The translations under genes and the position numbers were made by a program. A DNA stretch of 37,725 nucleotides, from NCBI GenBank assembly GCA_002410925.1, contig DHPR01000031.1:1-37725 (forward strand), given 5' to 3'. Shown piece by piece: positions 8,958 to 19,855 of this stretch (position 1 is its first letter; every line of letters starts with the position of its first letter). Origin of the DNA: a bacterium UBP13_UBA5359 (lineage in GTDB: Bacteria; UBP13; UBA5359). Under the pieces are notes generated by a model, which worked only from the letters and a program-made list of their open reading frames with translations, had not been told where the DNA came from and did not search any database.

Positions 8958-11618
8958 ATGGCAGATAAAAAACGCGTATATCTTTTTGAAGAAGGTAATG
9001 CGCAGATGAGAAGCCTCTTAGGCGGCAAGGGCGCCAATCTGGCTGAGATGACCAATATTGGGCTGCCGGTACCCCCGGGCTTTACGATCACAACCAAGAC
9101 CTGTAACGAATATACGGATCTTGGCCAAACTTTTCCTGCAGGCCTGATGGAGGAGATCCAGGAGGCTCTTAAAGCAGTGGAGAAGAAGACCGGCAAGATG
9201 TTGGGTAATCCGGAGAATCCACTGCTGGTATCGGTGCGTTCAGGTGCTGTTTTCTCCATGCCGGGTATGATGGATACTGTTCTGAACCTGGGTCTGAACA
9301 GTCAAACGGTGCTGGCCCTGGCCGGTTTGACCGGCAACGAGCGCTTTGCTTACGATGCCTATCGGCGTTTCATCATGATGTTCAGCGATGTGGTCATGGG
9401 TATAGGCCGTGAACATTTCGAAGAATTACTGGACGAAAAGAAAAAAGCCCTTGGCGCTAAATCGGATACCGATCTGGATGCTGTGGCACTGAAGGAGCTT
9501 GTAGCTGCCTACAAACATCTCTACAAGGTGGAGAAGGGCGAAGATTTTCCCGAGGATCCCATGGAACAGCTTCGTCTAGCCGTTAAAGCCGTCTTTGATT
9601 CCTGGAATAATCCTCGTGCCTTTACGTATCGCAATATCAATAAGATTCCGCATGATTTGGGAACCGCCGTTAATGTTCAAATGATGGTCTTTGGTAATAT
9701 GGGCGACGATTCCGGCACCGGCGTGGCCTTTACCCGCAATCCCTCCACCGGTGAGAACCTGCTTTACGGCGAATATTTGGTCAATGCTCAGGGTGAGGAT
9801 GTGGTGGCCGGCGTGCGTACACCGCAGCCTATCAGCAAGCTGAAGCAGGATATGCCGGAAGTTTTTAATGAGTTTGTACGTATATCTCTATTACTGGAGA
9901 AGCATTATCGCGATATGCAGGACCTGGAATTTACCATTGAGCGCGGCACGCTCTATATGCTGCAGTGCCGTAGCGGCAAGAGAACTGCTGCAGCTGCTGT
10001 TAAGATTGCCGTTGATATGGCCAATGATAACTTCATCAGCGCTGATGAAGCCGTGTTACGTGTTGAACCGGCGCAACTCGATCAGTTGTTGCATCGTCGC
10101 ATAGATCCCGCTGCTGCCATTATGCCTATAGCCAAGGGCTTGCCGGCATCTCCCGGTGCCGCCTCCGGCGAAGTGGTCTTCACCGCCGACAGGGCTGAAG
10201 AACTGGGCAAAGCAGGCAAGAAGGTTATCCTGGTTCGCATGGAGACCAATCCTGATGATATTCATGGCCTGGTAGCCGCTCAGGGTGTATTGACATCCCG
10301 CGGCGGCATGACCAGTCACGCGGCTGTTGTAGCTCGCGGTATGGGCAAACCCTGTGTGGCCGGTTGCGAGGCTATAAAGGTAGATGCCGATCATGGCCTC
10401 TTCAGCGTTGGAGATGTAAGCGTCAAAGAGGGCGAGATAATCACTATCGATGGCGCTACCGGTAACGTTATGGTCGGCTCTGTGCCCATGATAGAGCCCA
10501 CGCTTAGCGATGAATTCATGACCCTGCTTAAATGGGCAGATGAAAGGAGGCGTTTGCGTGTTCGCGCCAATGCCGATACTCCTGAAGATGCCTTGAAGGC
10601 CTTTGAGTTTGGCGCCGAGGGTGTCGGCCTCTGCCGGACAGAGCATATGTTCATGGCTCAGGACCGTTTGCCGGCTGTGCAGCAAATGATCCTGGCCGAA
10701 ACCGAGGCCGAAAGACGATTGGCTTTGGATAAGCTTCTGCCCATGCAGAAGAGCGATTTTGTCGGTATTTTCAAAGCTATGCAGGGGCAACCGGTTACTA
10801 TACGTCTTATCGATCCGCCTTTGCATGAGTTCCTGCCTCGTTATGAAGATTTGCTGGAGGAAGTGGTAACTCTCAAGATAAAGAAGCTCGGCTCCAAAGA
10901 GCTGGAGGAAAAAGAAGCCTTGCTGGTCAAGGTGGAGGCCCTGCGTGAATTCAATCCTATGCTCGGTTTGCGCGGCTGTCGTCTCGGTATCCTCTTCCCT
11001 GAGATAGTGGAGATGCAGGTCCAGGCTATCTTTGGTGCGGCTGTGGAATTGGCCAAAGATGGCTTTGTTGTCAGGCCTGAGGTTATGATTCCGCTGGTAG
11101 GACATGTCAATGAGATCAAGCGTGTACGCGAGCAACTGGAGAGCGTGGCCAGAGATGTTATGGATAAGGCAGGGGTTTCCATCGATTACTCCTTCGGCAC
11201 TATGATAGAGATTCCGCGTGCCGCTCTGACGGCTGATCAGATAGCCGAGTATGCCGAGTTCTTCTCCTTTGGCACCAATGATTTGACGCAAACTACCTTC
11301 GGTTACAGTCGTGATGATGCCGAGGGCAAGTTCCTGTTCTATTATATGGATCAGAAGATTCTCAATGACAATCCTTTCGAAGTTCTGGATCAGCAGGGTG
11401 TCGGCAAATTGATGAAGCTGGCTGTCGAGGCCGGTCGCAAGGTTCGCCCCAATATCAAATTAGGTATCTGTGGAGAGCACGGCGGCGAGCCCAGCTCCGT
11501 AAAATTCTGCCATGAAATCGGGCTTAATTATGTGAGCTGTTCCCCATACCGGGTGCCTATCGCCAGATTGGCCGCAGCTCAGGCTAATATAAGCATGGAC
11601 GTAGTCAAAGACAAGTAA
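8958..11618 (+). CDS. ppdK: Pyruvate, phosphate dikinase
   Basis: LLGGKGANLAEM, LLVSVRSGA, GTGVAFTRNP, GGMTSHAAVVARG phospho-His motif, GLCRTEHMF, SFGTNDLTQ, GICGEHGG; 886 aa. Confidence 0.98.
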   Translation: MADKKRVYLFEEGNAQMRSLLGGKGANLAEMTNIGLPVPPGFTITTKTCNEYTDLGQTFPAGLMEEIQEALKAVEKKTGKMLGNPENPLLVSVRSGAVFSMPGMMDTVLNLGLNSQTVLALAGLTGNERFAYDAYRRFIMMFSDVVMGIGREHFEELLDEKKKALGAKSDTDLDAVALKELVAAYKHLYKVEKGEDFPEDPMEQLRLAVKAVFDSWNNPRAFTYRNINKIPHDLGTAVNVQMMVFGNMGDDSGTGVAFTRNPSTGENLLYGEYLVNAQGEDVVAGVRTPQPISKLKQDMPEVFNEFVRISLLLEKHYRDMQDLEFTIERGTLYMLQCRSGKRTAAAAVKIAVDMANDNFISADEAVLRVEPAQLDQLLHRRIDPAAAIMPIAKGLPASPGAASGEVVFTADRAEELGKAGKKVILVRMETNPDDIHGLVAAQGVLTSRGGMTSHAAVVARGMGKPCVAGCEAIKVDADHGLFSVGDVSVKEGEIITIDGATGNVMVGSVPMIEPTLSDEFMTLLKWADERRRLRVRANADTPEDALKAFEFGAEGVGLCRTEHMFMAQDRLPAVQQMILAETEAERRLALDKLLPMQKSDFVGIFKAMQGQPVTIRLIDPPLHEFLPRYEDLLEEVVTLKIKKLGSKELEEKEALLVKVEALREFNPMLGLRGCRLGILFPEIVEMQVQAIFGAAVELAKDGFVVRPEVMIPLVGHVNEIKRVREQLESVARDVMDKAGVSIDYSFGTMIEIPRAALTADQIAEYAEFFSFGTNDLTQTTFGYSRDDAEGKFLFYYMDQKILNDNPFEVLDQQGVGKLMKLAVEAGRKVRPNIKLGICGEHGGEPSSVKFCHEIGLNYVSCSPYRVPIARLAAAQANISMDVVKDK

Positions 11619-11636
11619 GAGAATTGTCTTCAGGTT

Positions 11637-11672
11637 AAAAAGAGGGAGGGGCAAGAGCCCCTCCCTCTTTTT
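11637..11672. terminator. Bidirectional intrinsic terminator between ppdK and the convergent ECF operon
   Basis: AAAAAGAGGGAGGGGC-aaga-GCCCCTCCCTCTTTTT, a perfect 16-bp inverted repeat. Confidence 0.9.
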
Positions 11673-11701
11673 AAAAAGGGTAAATGATGTTGCCGTAGCT
11701 T

Positions 11702-12454
11702 CTAAGATGCAGTTTTAATTTTTTCTTCCAGTAACGTAAGGATCTGTTCCAGGCGCTTGGAGCGTTCAAAGAGAATGCCCGGTCGCCTTATCGCTTTTGG
11801 AAAAGGATATTTATTACCGTTACCCGGTTCGGCTGGAGGAAGAGTGCATTCACCCTTTCCGGCGCCTTTGCAGCTTTCCTGACGGGCCATTTTCTGCCTG
11901 TATTCCTTTACTTTCCGGCGCAGGTTCTCTTTGGCCTCATCGGAAAGCGCTTCATTATATAACAATGGAGCATACAAAATACGTTTAGCTATAATTAATT
12001 GCCTTTCGGATAATATATCGCCGATCTCTCGCTCCCAGCCGATTTGTTCATCATTAAAGCGGCTTGATGCTTCCTTTGCTTCACGATATAACCTTTGGCG
12101 CGCCTCTTCCGTGCTTTGCTCTGTCTCCGCCAACCTGTGTTCCCGGGCAAATATATCCTTTATCTCTTTTTCAAAACCTTTGCAGGACAGGAGCATCTTT
12201 CTAAGCGGCGGCAAGAACTTCTCTATCTGGCCATTATCCAATTCCATGGCATCGATCTGCCGGAGAAGAATAACTTCCTGAACAACCTCTCCCAGCAAGC
12301 CTGAAGCGGTCGCTGTATGGTTGTTTTTATCTTTAATCTGCCTCTCTTCCTTTGATGCTTCCATAACGGAATGGTCGGCATAGCTGATGCCTGTTGCCGG
12401 AAGTAAGAGCAGCAAGGTCAGAGTCAAGGCCGGTAGAAGCCTTATACAGCGCAT
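11702..12454 (-). CDS. Hypothetical secreted helical protein (possibly Spy/CpxP-like), third gene of the ECF operon
   Basis: N-terminal signal peptide (MRCIRLLPALTLTLLLLLPATGISYA). Charged helical body with LDNGQIEK and ILSERQ motifs. Confidence 0.65.
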   Translation of the reverse strand: MRCIRLLPALTLTLLLLLPATGISYADHSVMEASKEERQIKDKNNHTATASGLLGEVVQEVILLRQIDAMELDNGQIEKFLPPLRKMLLSCKGFEKEIKDIFAREHRLAETEQSTEEARQRLYREAKEASSRFNDEQIGWEREIGDILSERQLIIAKRILYAPLLYNEALSDEAKENLRRKVKEYRQKMARQESCKGAGKGECTLPPAEPGNGNKYPFPKAIRRPGILFERSKRLEQILTLLEEKIKTAS

Positions 12455-12475
12455 AATTTGGATATCCCCTTATCA

Positions 12476-13408
12476 TTAATCTATGGTGTAGGAGACCATG
12501 CTGGCAATAGCTGCGTCAGCATATATCTGAACAGCACTAGCCAATTCTCCTTCTTTTTCTTGAATCTTTCCCAAATCAACCATTAGCTGTGGATCTCCGG
12601 TTTTAGCGATACCTTCGCTATATGTATCGCAGGCATCACTCTTCATTTCCAGGCTCTTATAAGCCATGGCTAGGTTGTGATAAGCTACGGGATCATCCGG
12701 GTTCAGATCCACGGCACGATGGTAATGAGCTATAGCTTTAGCATAATCTCCCTTTTGCCAGTAAGCTTCGGCAGCTTTATATCGTAATTCAGCCGCTCCA
12801 GGGTCAGAGGCGATTTCTTCTTCTAATATAAGATCATTTTCTTCTTGCATCCTGGCAGAAAAAGCGGCTGTCTGCTCGGCTTTTGTATCTGCAGCCCTGT
12901 GCAGAACAGAACGATTGCTATCTATACGGGTAACCTTAGTTCTCGGCATATCAATCTTATCGGCGGCTATATTTCTCCGGCTGATTTTATCTGTATTTAT
13001 TTTATTCGTTTCCGGAGCGTTATGCGATATAGCCACAGGTGCTTGCTGCAAGCTGTTATGCGATAGAAAGCCTCGATTTCCGGCTAGCCAGGCAGAAGCG
13101 GCCACCGCCGTAATGGCTGCCGCTGCCGCCAGACGGCGCATGTATTTGCGCAAGGTAATGACGTTTTTCCCTGAGCTGCCAGGCTCTTCATTCAGAGAGC
13201 GCATAATCGAAGCATACAACCCGGGAGAAGGGGATACTTTGCGGCGGAGTTCCTGGCGCAGCAAACGATGCAGCCTTTCCATAGCAGCCATATCGGCGGC
13301 ACAGAAGGGGCAGATTTGCAAATGTTCCATGAGGGCGGCCTTATCATCGGAATGCAGGCGGCTTTCAAGCAATTCATCTATCAGTATTATGGCATCAGCA
13401 CACTTCAA
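12476..13408 (-). CDS. Anti-sigma factor: zf-HC2 zinc finger, one TM helix, C-terminal TPR repeats
   Basis: HLQICPFC (HxxxCxxC); hydrophobic stretch AAAAAITAVAASAWL; TPR segments AEAYWQKGDYAKAIAHYHRAVDLNPDD and AYHNLAMAY. Overlaps the sigma gene. Confidence 0.85.
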   Translation of the reverse strand: MKCADAIILIDELLESRLHSDDKAALMEHLQICPFCAADMAAMERLHRLLRQELRRKVSPSPGLYASIMRSLNEEPGSSGKNVITLRKYMRRLAAAAAITAVAASAWLAGNRGFLSHNSLQQAPVAISHNAPETNKINTDKISRRNIAADKIDMPRTKVTRIDSNRSVLHRAADTKAEQTAAFSARMQEENDLILEEEIASDPGAAELRYKAAEAYWQKGDYAKAIAHYHRAVDLNPDDPVAYHNLAMAYKSLEMKSDACDTYSEGIAKTGDPQLMVDLGKIQEKEGELASAVQIYADAAIASMVSYTID

Positions 13409-13967
13409 TGCTCAACACTCCCTCATCCGATAGGTTTAATTTGTCTTTCAGCATCAGTCTGGCACGGCGCAGATGCGTCTTGACGGTGCCCAGCGGCATA
13501 TCCAGCGCCAGAGCTATATCTTCGTAAGTCATGTCCTCGATATATCGCAGCAGGATGGCCACCCTATATTTTTCCGGCAAAGAGGCTATGGCCTGTTGTA
13601 TGATATCGGCGGCTTCACTTTGCTCGTATTTCTCATGTGGAGACGGCTCGCCCCCATCGCCGGCCAATCTTTCCAGGTCTTCAGCGGATACGGCATGCAC
13701 TCTTTGGCGACGCAAGTAATCTATGCAGGCATGCGAGACTATGCGGCAGACCCAGGTAGAGAACTTGAATTCCGTCTTATATGTGTGGAGGGAACGATAA
13801 GCACGTAAAAACGCCTCCTGTGCCATATCAGCGGCCTCCTCCCTGGATCCGACCATACGGTAAGCAAGATTGAAGACCATGGTTTCATGTTTTATTACCA
13901 GCTGGCCAAAGGCCTCTTTATCTCCCTGCAGAGTGCGCTCTACCAGGGAGAGGTCCTCATTTATCAA
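13395..13967 (-). CDS. ECF RNA polymerase sigma factor (SigW/RpoE-like)
   Basis: GDKEAFGQLV, DMAQEAFLRAYRSL, FSTWVCRI, region 4 YEDIALALDMPLGTVKTHLRRAR. TTG start after GAGGTG. Confidence 0.92.
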   Translation of the reverse strand: MINEDLSLVERTLQGDKEAFGQLVIKHETMVFNLAYRMVGSREEAADMAQEAFLRAYRSLHTYKTEFKFSTWVCRIVSHACIDYLRRQRVHAVSAEDLERLAGDGGEPSPHEKYEQSEAADIIQQAIASLPEKYRVAILLRYIEDMTYEDIALALDMPLGTVKTHLRRARLMLKDKLNLSDEGVLSIEVC

Positions 13968-14006
13968 GGGTTACACCTCTATAGCCGGGCACCTTCCAAC
14001 AATACA

Positions 14007-14032
14007 TACGTTGAAAGCGGCAAAATGTTTCG
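14007..14032 (-). promoter_or_regulatory. ECF (SigW-type) autoregulatory promoter
   Basis: Minus strand reads cGAAAC-16 nt-CGTA, 40 nt upstream of the sigma start. Matches the SigW consensus TGAAAC-N16-CGTA. Confidence 0.65.
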
Positions 14033-14317
14033 TGTGAAGAGTCTTGGATACATTATATCATTTCAAAACTTTTCAGCCATCACCGGGGAAACGCTTGTTA
14101 TATTTGGCTATAAAGGCGCGAAGAGACTCGACCGGAAGCAGATATCCAACACCTGATACCAAGTGTTAGTGTGGATATTAGGCTGATACAATGGCATGTT
14201 GCCTTCTTTAAGGACAGCTTCAGGAGCTATAGTAAAACCAGCAGGGAGCTATGCGGGCTTGCCCTAGGGGTACTCGAATAACATACCGGGCGAATATGTC
14301 CGAATTTTTTAAAAAAG

Positions 14318-14344
14318 ACAGGAATTTTCAAAAATTTGTGGAAT
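14318..14344 (+). promoter_or_regulatory. SigH-like promoter upstream of the large beta protein gene
   Basis: acAGGAatt...GAAT, with 17 nt between AGGA (14320-14323) and GAAT (14341-14344). Confidence 0.4.
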
Positions 14345-14371
14345 ATTTAAAAGAAGAGAAGGAGGTTAGCT

Positions 14372-16588
14372 GTGTCTGTGCGCCGGATATATAGGTTGAG
14401 TATAGCTCTTTGCTGCTTGTTTATGGCAATCTCTCCGGCTATAGCGGAAAACGCTCTTTCCGTTGCTGCTGAAGCAGGCCGTGCTATACCTGCGCTTCCG
14501 GTAGTAGAGAGAGCCTCCCTGGCTGCTATTGTTCTAGGCGACAGGGCAATTATAAAAGATAGCGACGAAGGATCTCCTTTTGTTCCGAGAATGAATGCCG
14601 GTGCACACAATCGGCTTGATAACGGCAGACAAGCCATATCGGGAGCAAAGGAGACTGCTCTTAACAGAGCGCAGCCGGCCGCCCCTGCTCTTGCTCCGGC
14701 CACTTCTCAGGTATCGCAGGCAACGTCTCGCAATGTACGGAATACAAACTTCTCTTTTAACAGAAGAGCAACCTCGGGCTCTCCGGTAGATTTTACTTCC
14801 GTTCTGAACACAGGTTTGAGGGTCAGGGGCAAGGCTGCAAGCCGACCTGGTGATATTGATAATTTCGGAACCACCGGAAATATAACTTTTGAAACCGTGC
14901 CTGAAGCGATCTCCAGACATGGCGTAGGCTTTTCCGGTACTTTTGCTCGGCAGGTAAACGGCGGCAATCTGAGTGAGGCATTATCCGTAAAGCTCAATGC
15001 CTCGCCGACAGGGGCATTGAAGCTCAACAGCGAGTTTTCTTCCAAAGGTGCTAACGGGCATTACGACGAATCAACTGCCAGCATAGGTTTTGAGACATCG
15101 CAGGCATGGAAGAAGCGCGGCCGCTTCGGCCTGGCCGGTGGTTTCTCTCATCACGAGAAGGGTGCGTCATCAGTGAGCACTGCCAAGCTGTGTTTTGATG
15201 CCAATCCCATCAAGGGTTTCATCCTGAAAGGTGATTTTCAAAACCGGGCCGGCTCCGTAGAGGAGCGCACCTCCAGAATAGGATTTGAAACGGCACCGGA
15301 GATACGTAAGCTTGCCAACTTCTATTTCTCTGGTAATTTTGCCCGTCAGGAGAATGCTCAAATACAGAACGGAAAGATGAACCTCAAGATGGAGTTCTCT
15401 CCTTTAAAGGTTATGTCCTTTAAAGGGGAAATTAATGAAGAACAGAGTAACACAGGCATCAGCAAGCGGGAGTCCAAACTGGCTGCTACCACTTCAATGT
15501 TGAAATATTTGAATCTTTCAGGTAATTGCCGGATGCTGGAACAGAGCAGCGGTGTAGACGAACGTCTGATCAATATCGATTTTAAATCCAATAATAAGCT
15601 GGTCAACTGGAAAGGCTTAGCGATATCCGGCAAGTATACGGCCAAAGAACAGGGAAGCAATGAAAATAGGATGCTCAATCTTCAAGCATCATTGAAGCCG
15701 CTTAAGCGTATGATCCTGGCTGCCGGGATAGTATCGGGCGAGACGGCGGGAAATCCGGAAGAGACACGCACGCTGAAGCTGGGTTACAGCCTGCCTCATC
15801 TGGGGCATTTTCAAGCTGATGCCGTTATGGCGAATAGATATACGGGAGATACTGCTAACGGTTCGTTGCGTTTCAATACGACTCCCTGGCAAAATACAAA
15901 GGTGAATCTACAATATACGGTCAAGCCGTATCTTTTGGGAAGCGATCCGCTGACAACCGCTGCTATGGATTTCAGCACGGGACTTTCCAAAAAATTCTCC
16001 TTATATGGCGCTCTTAAGAAGGATGAAATAGCTCACGGCAGCTTTATGAAGGAGAGCCTTTTGGGGGTCAAGGCCATTCTGAGTTCGCGTTTCAATCTTG
16101 CCGGCGATTATCGTCTTCAGGATATCGATGGCAGCAATCAGACGATTATCCGGGGAGTGCATATACAGGATAGTATGCACAAGCGTGTGACTCTGCTCTT
16201 TGGATTGGAACAGGCCATACGCACTGAATCCACTGCAATAGGTAGTTATGTAGGCCTTACTTCCAATCCCTTCGGAAAGGTTAATCTTAGTTATAAGCAC
16301 CGTCTGAATACCGGCAACGGTACGCTGGCCAACCTGCCGAAGGAGGAGTTCAAGGTAAGCGCGCCAATGGCTAAAACCTCTAATAAAAACCTGGAGATAA
16401 ACGGAAATATATATTATGTTGATCAGGAAATCAGCTCTAATAACAAGCTAAAAGCGAATTTAAATCTCTCTTATCGCCCAATGGAGAAATTGAATCTGAT
16501 TGCTTCCTACAAGGCCGATGTAATAGCCGGAGAGATAAGGACGGCTCCGGAGCTGGTATGGGAAGCCACTTATGGAACAGAGTTTTAG
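14372..16588 (+). CDS. Large secreted beta-strand repeat protein, putative outer-membrane beta-barrel
   Basis: Signal peptide; low-complexity linker; ~590 aa of alternating amphipathic strands; C-terminal WEATYGTEF ending in Phe. RBS AAGGAGG, GTG start. Confidence 0.65.
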   Translation: MSVRRIYRLSIALCCLFMAISPAIAENALSVAAEAGRAIPALPVVERASLAAIVLGDRAIIKDSDEGSPFVPRMNAGAHNRLDNGRQAISGAKETALNRAQPAAPALAPATSQVSQATSRNVRNTNFSFNRRATSGSPVDFTSVLNTGLRVRGKAASRPGDIDNFGTTGNITFETVPEAISRHGVGFSGTFARQVNGGNLSEALSVKLNASPTGALKLNSEFSSKGANGHYDESTASIGFETSQAWKKRGRFGLAGGFSHHEKGASSVSTAKLCFDANPIKGFILKGDFQNRAGSVEERTSRIGFETAPEIRKLANFYFSGNFARQENAQIQNGKMNLKMEFSPLKVMSFKGEINEEQSNTGISKRESKLAATTSMLKYLNLSGNCRMLEQSSGVDERLINIDFKSNNKLVNWKGLAISGKYTAKEQGSNENRMLNLQASLKPLKRMILAAGIVSGETAGNPEETRTLKLGYSLPHLGHFQADAVMANRYTGDTANGSLRFNTTPWQNTKVNLQYTVKPYLLGSDPLTTAAMDFSTGLSKKFSLYGALKKDEIAHGSFMKESLLGVKAILSSRFNLAGDYRLQDIDGSNQTIIRGVHIQDSMHKRVTLLFGLEQAIRTESTAIGSYVGLTSNPFGKVNLSYKHRLNTGNGTLANLPKEEFKVSAPMAKTSNKNLEINGNIYYVDQEISSNNKLKANLNLSYRPMEKLNLIASYKADVIAGEIRTAPELVWEATYGTEF

Positions 16589-16612
16589 AGTATCAGCAAT
16601 TAAAGCAGCGTC

Positions 16613-16642
16613 AAAAAAGGCAATGGAGAGATTGCCTTTTTT
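16613..16642 (+). terminator. Intrinsic terminator
   Basis: AAAAAAGGCAAT-ggagag-ATTGCCTTTTTT. Confidence 0.8.
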
Positions 16643-16819
16643 AATGTACATTTAGATCCGTAATACTATGCCGACAGATAACACTGCAGGATTTTAGATA
16701 ATTTTTATAATTGTATAATTTAAAGAAGGATAGTGCGTCTATTATAACGAATATCCTTGCGAACGAAAAATGTTCAGGCAATGAGAAAATGTTCAGAGCA
16801 AACAAGGAGAGGAAAACTT

Positions 16820-18088
16820 TTGAAGAAAAATATCGCTTTGATAACGGTAATATTGGTAGTCTCTGCAGCTTTGCTTGGCGGCTGCGGTTCGCAAAACAAG
16901 AAGGAAATAACGGTTATGTGGTGGGGGGATGTTTACAACTACGGCTTTGCCGAGAAGCTGGTAGATGCTTATAATGCCACCAACCCGACCAAGCCCGCTA
17001 AACTGATGGGTATCCAGGGACAGTATCAGTATAAATTATTGGCCATGGCGGCTTCCAAAACTCTGCCGGACGTGGTTTTAGTGACGACACCCAATGTCTA
17101 CGATATGGGTTCCAGGGGGGCTCTGCTGCCGCTGAACAAGCGTACCGAAACGGCGGAATTTGAAGCTATGAAAAGCGAGATGTGGCCTAATCTTGTGGAG
17201 GCCTTTAACGTGGGGGGCAAGCAACTGGCTGTACCTATTTGGACATGGACTCCGGGTATTTATTACAACAAGGATCTCTTTGACAGGGCAGGGGTCTCTT
17301 ATCCTTCAAAAAACTGGACTTTCAAAGAGTTTGAGGAGAAGTCCAGAAAGCTGGTTAAAAGGGAGAACGGCAAGGTAAGTATCTACGCTTATAATTCCAC
17401 CTTTTCGTTGAATGATCCTTTGCTTTTATCATATCTTTATGCTCACGGCGGTGCTTTTTATACCGAAGATTATCGGCAGTGTCTGATCGATTCACCCGCT
17501 TCTATAGCAGCCCTAAAGGCTTTTTCAGATCTGCGTCTAAAAGATCATATAGCGCCAAAAGCGGCGGAAGAACAGGGAATGGGCACTTCGGGACGTAATA
17601 CCGACTTCTTTCAAGCGGAAACAGTGGCCATGCGCGTAGCCGGCAGGGATTATCTGGATGTGTTACGGCAACGCGGCGGGATCAAGTTCCGCTGGGGAGC
17701 CGCTTCTATGCCCAGGGGTGATAAGCCCTGCTTCTTCCAGGTTGCCGCAGCTTTAGCCGTATCGGCTCATACAAGGAGCCCGGAGGATGCCTGGAATTTT
17801 ATCTCCTTTGTTGCCGGCAAAAAAGGACAGAAGATGATTACGACAGATAGGTCGGATGTAACTATCTATAGGGAATTGACTTATGGTCAGGACTTTCTCG
17901 GTTACCAGGATAGGCCGGATGTCAGCTCCGTTTTCAGAGATATGTTGCTTGAGGCCGTTCCTTCCCCATACCATTTGGGAGACGACGAATGGAAGTCTCG
18001 GGCAGCGAATCACCTGTCTTTGATGGAACTCGGCCAGATCAGCACCGAGGAAGCCTGCGCCAGGATAGCCGCCGATTACAAACCCTGA
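16820..18088 (+). CDS. Sugar ABC transporter substrate-binding lipoprotein (SBP family 1)
   Basis: Start re-called at TTG 16820 after AGGAGAGG. Lipobox LLGGC; IYYNKDLFDRAGVSYPSKNWT; PEDAWNFISF. Confidence 0.88.
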   Translation: MKKNIALITVILVVSAALLGGCGSQNKKEITVMWWGDVYNYGFAEKLVDAYNATNPTKPAKLMGIQGQYQYKLLAMAASKTLPDVVLVTTPNVYDMGSRGALLPLNKRTETAEFEAMKSEMWPNLVEAFNVGGKQLAVPIWTWTPGIYYNKDLFDRAGVSYPSKNWTFKEFEEKSRKLVKRENGKVSIYAYNSTFSLNDPLLLSYLYAHGGAFYTEDYRQCLIDSPASIAALKAFSDLRLKDHIAPKAAEEQGMGTSGRNTDFFQAETVAMRVAGRDYLDVLRQRGGIKFRWGAASMPRGDKPCFFQVAAALAVSAHTRSPEDAWNFISFVAGKKGQKMITTDRSDVTIYRELTYGQDFLGYQDRPDVSSVFRDMLLEAVPSPYHLGDDEWKSRAANHLSLMELGQISTEEACARIAADYKP

Positions 18089-18138
18089 CCCTTTATCGAT
18101 AGAGTTTGCAAAGAGTGCCCAAAATGAATTATTTAAAC

Positions 18139-18167
18139 TGCCGGGAGGACCGATATGCCTCCCGGCA
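18139..18167 (+). terminator. Probable terminator hairpin after the SBP gene
   Basis: TGCCGGGAGG-9 nt-CCTCCCGGCA, with only a weak T-tract. Confidence 0.55.
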
Positions 18168-18186
18168 ATCTTTATGCATAATATAA

Positions 18187-18215
18187 TTCACTTTAGCTCT
18201 AGCCCGTGATATAAT
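18187..18215 (+). promoter_or_regulatory. Putative SigA promoter for eno
   Basis: TTCACT, 17-nt spacer ending TGa, then TATAAT (extended -10). Confidence 0.55.
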
Positions 18216-18312
18216 ACGGACTGGTTTTATTAGGAGACGGCAAGAGCCTGCCGTTTCCTTTTGTGGTTTGCACAAGTTGCAAGAGACAGGAAGGGGCAAA
18301 CGAGGCTTGTGA

Positions 18313-19653
<1,341 letters not shown>

Positions 19654-19719
19654 ATCATCCGAAGTGTAATTCAGAGATATATTTGGTAAGTTATAAAAGT
19701 ATCAAAGAAAAGAGCGTGC

Positions 19720-19768
19720 AGGTGCAGAAATGGAGGAAGAAGCGTTCCACTGTTTCTGCACCTTTTTT
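19720..19768 (+). terminator. Intrinsic terminator after eno
   Basis: AGGTGCAGAAA ... TTTCTGCACCT followed by TTTTT. Confidence 0.7.
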
Positions 19769-19855
19769 ACGGATTGAAAATTGCTCTATAAGCAATAGAT
19801 GCAGGATTTCGGCAGGCTCTTGCAGAAGTAACTAGAATATTGAGGAATACTGTTT

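Noticed and set aside
10056-11291. 411-aa minus-strand ORF
   Set aside because: Antisense shadow of ppdK caused by codon bias.
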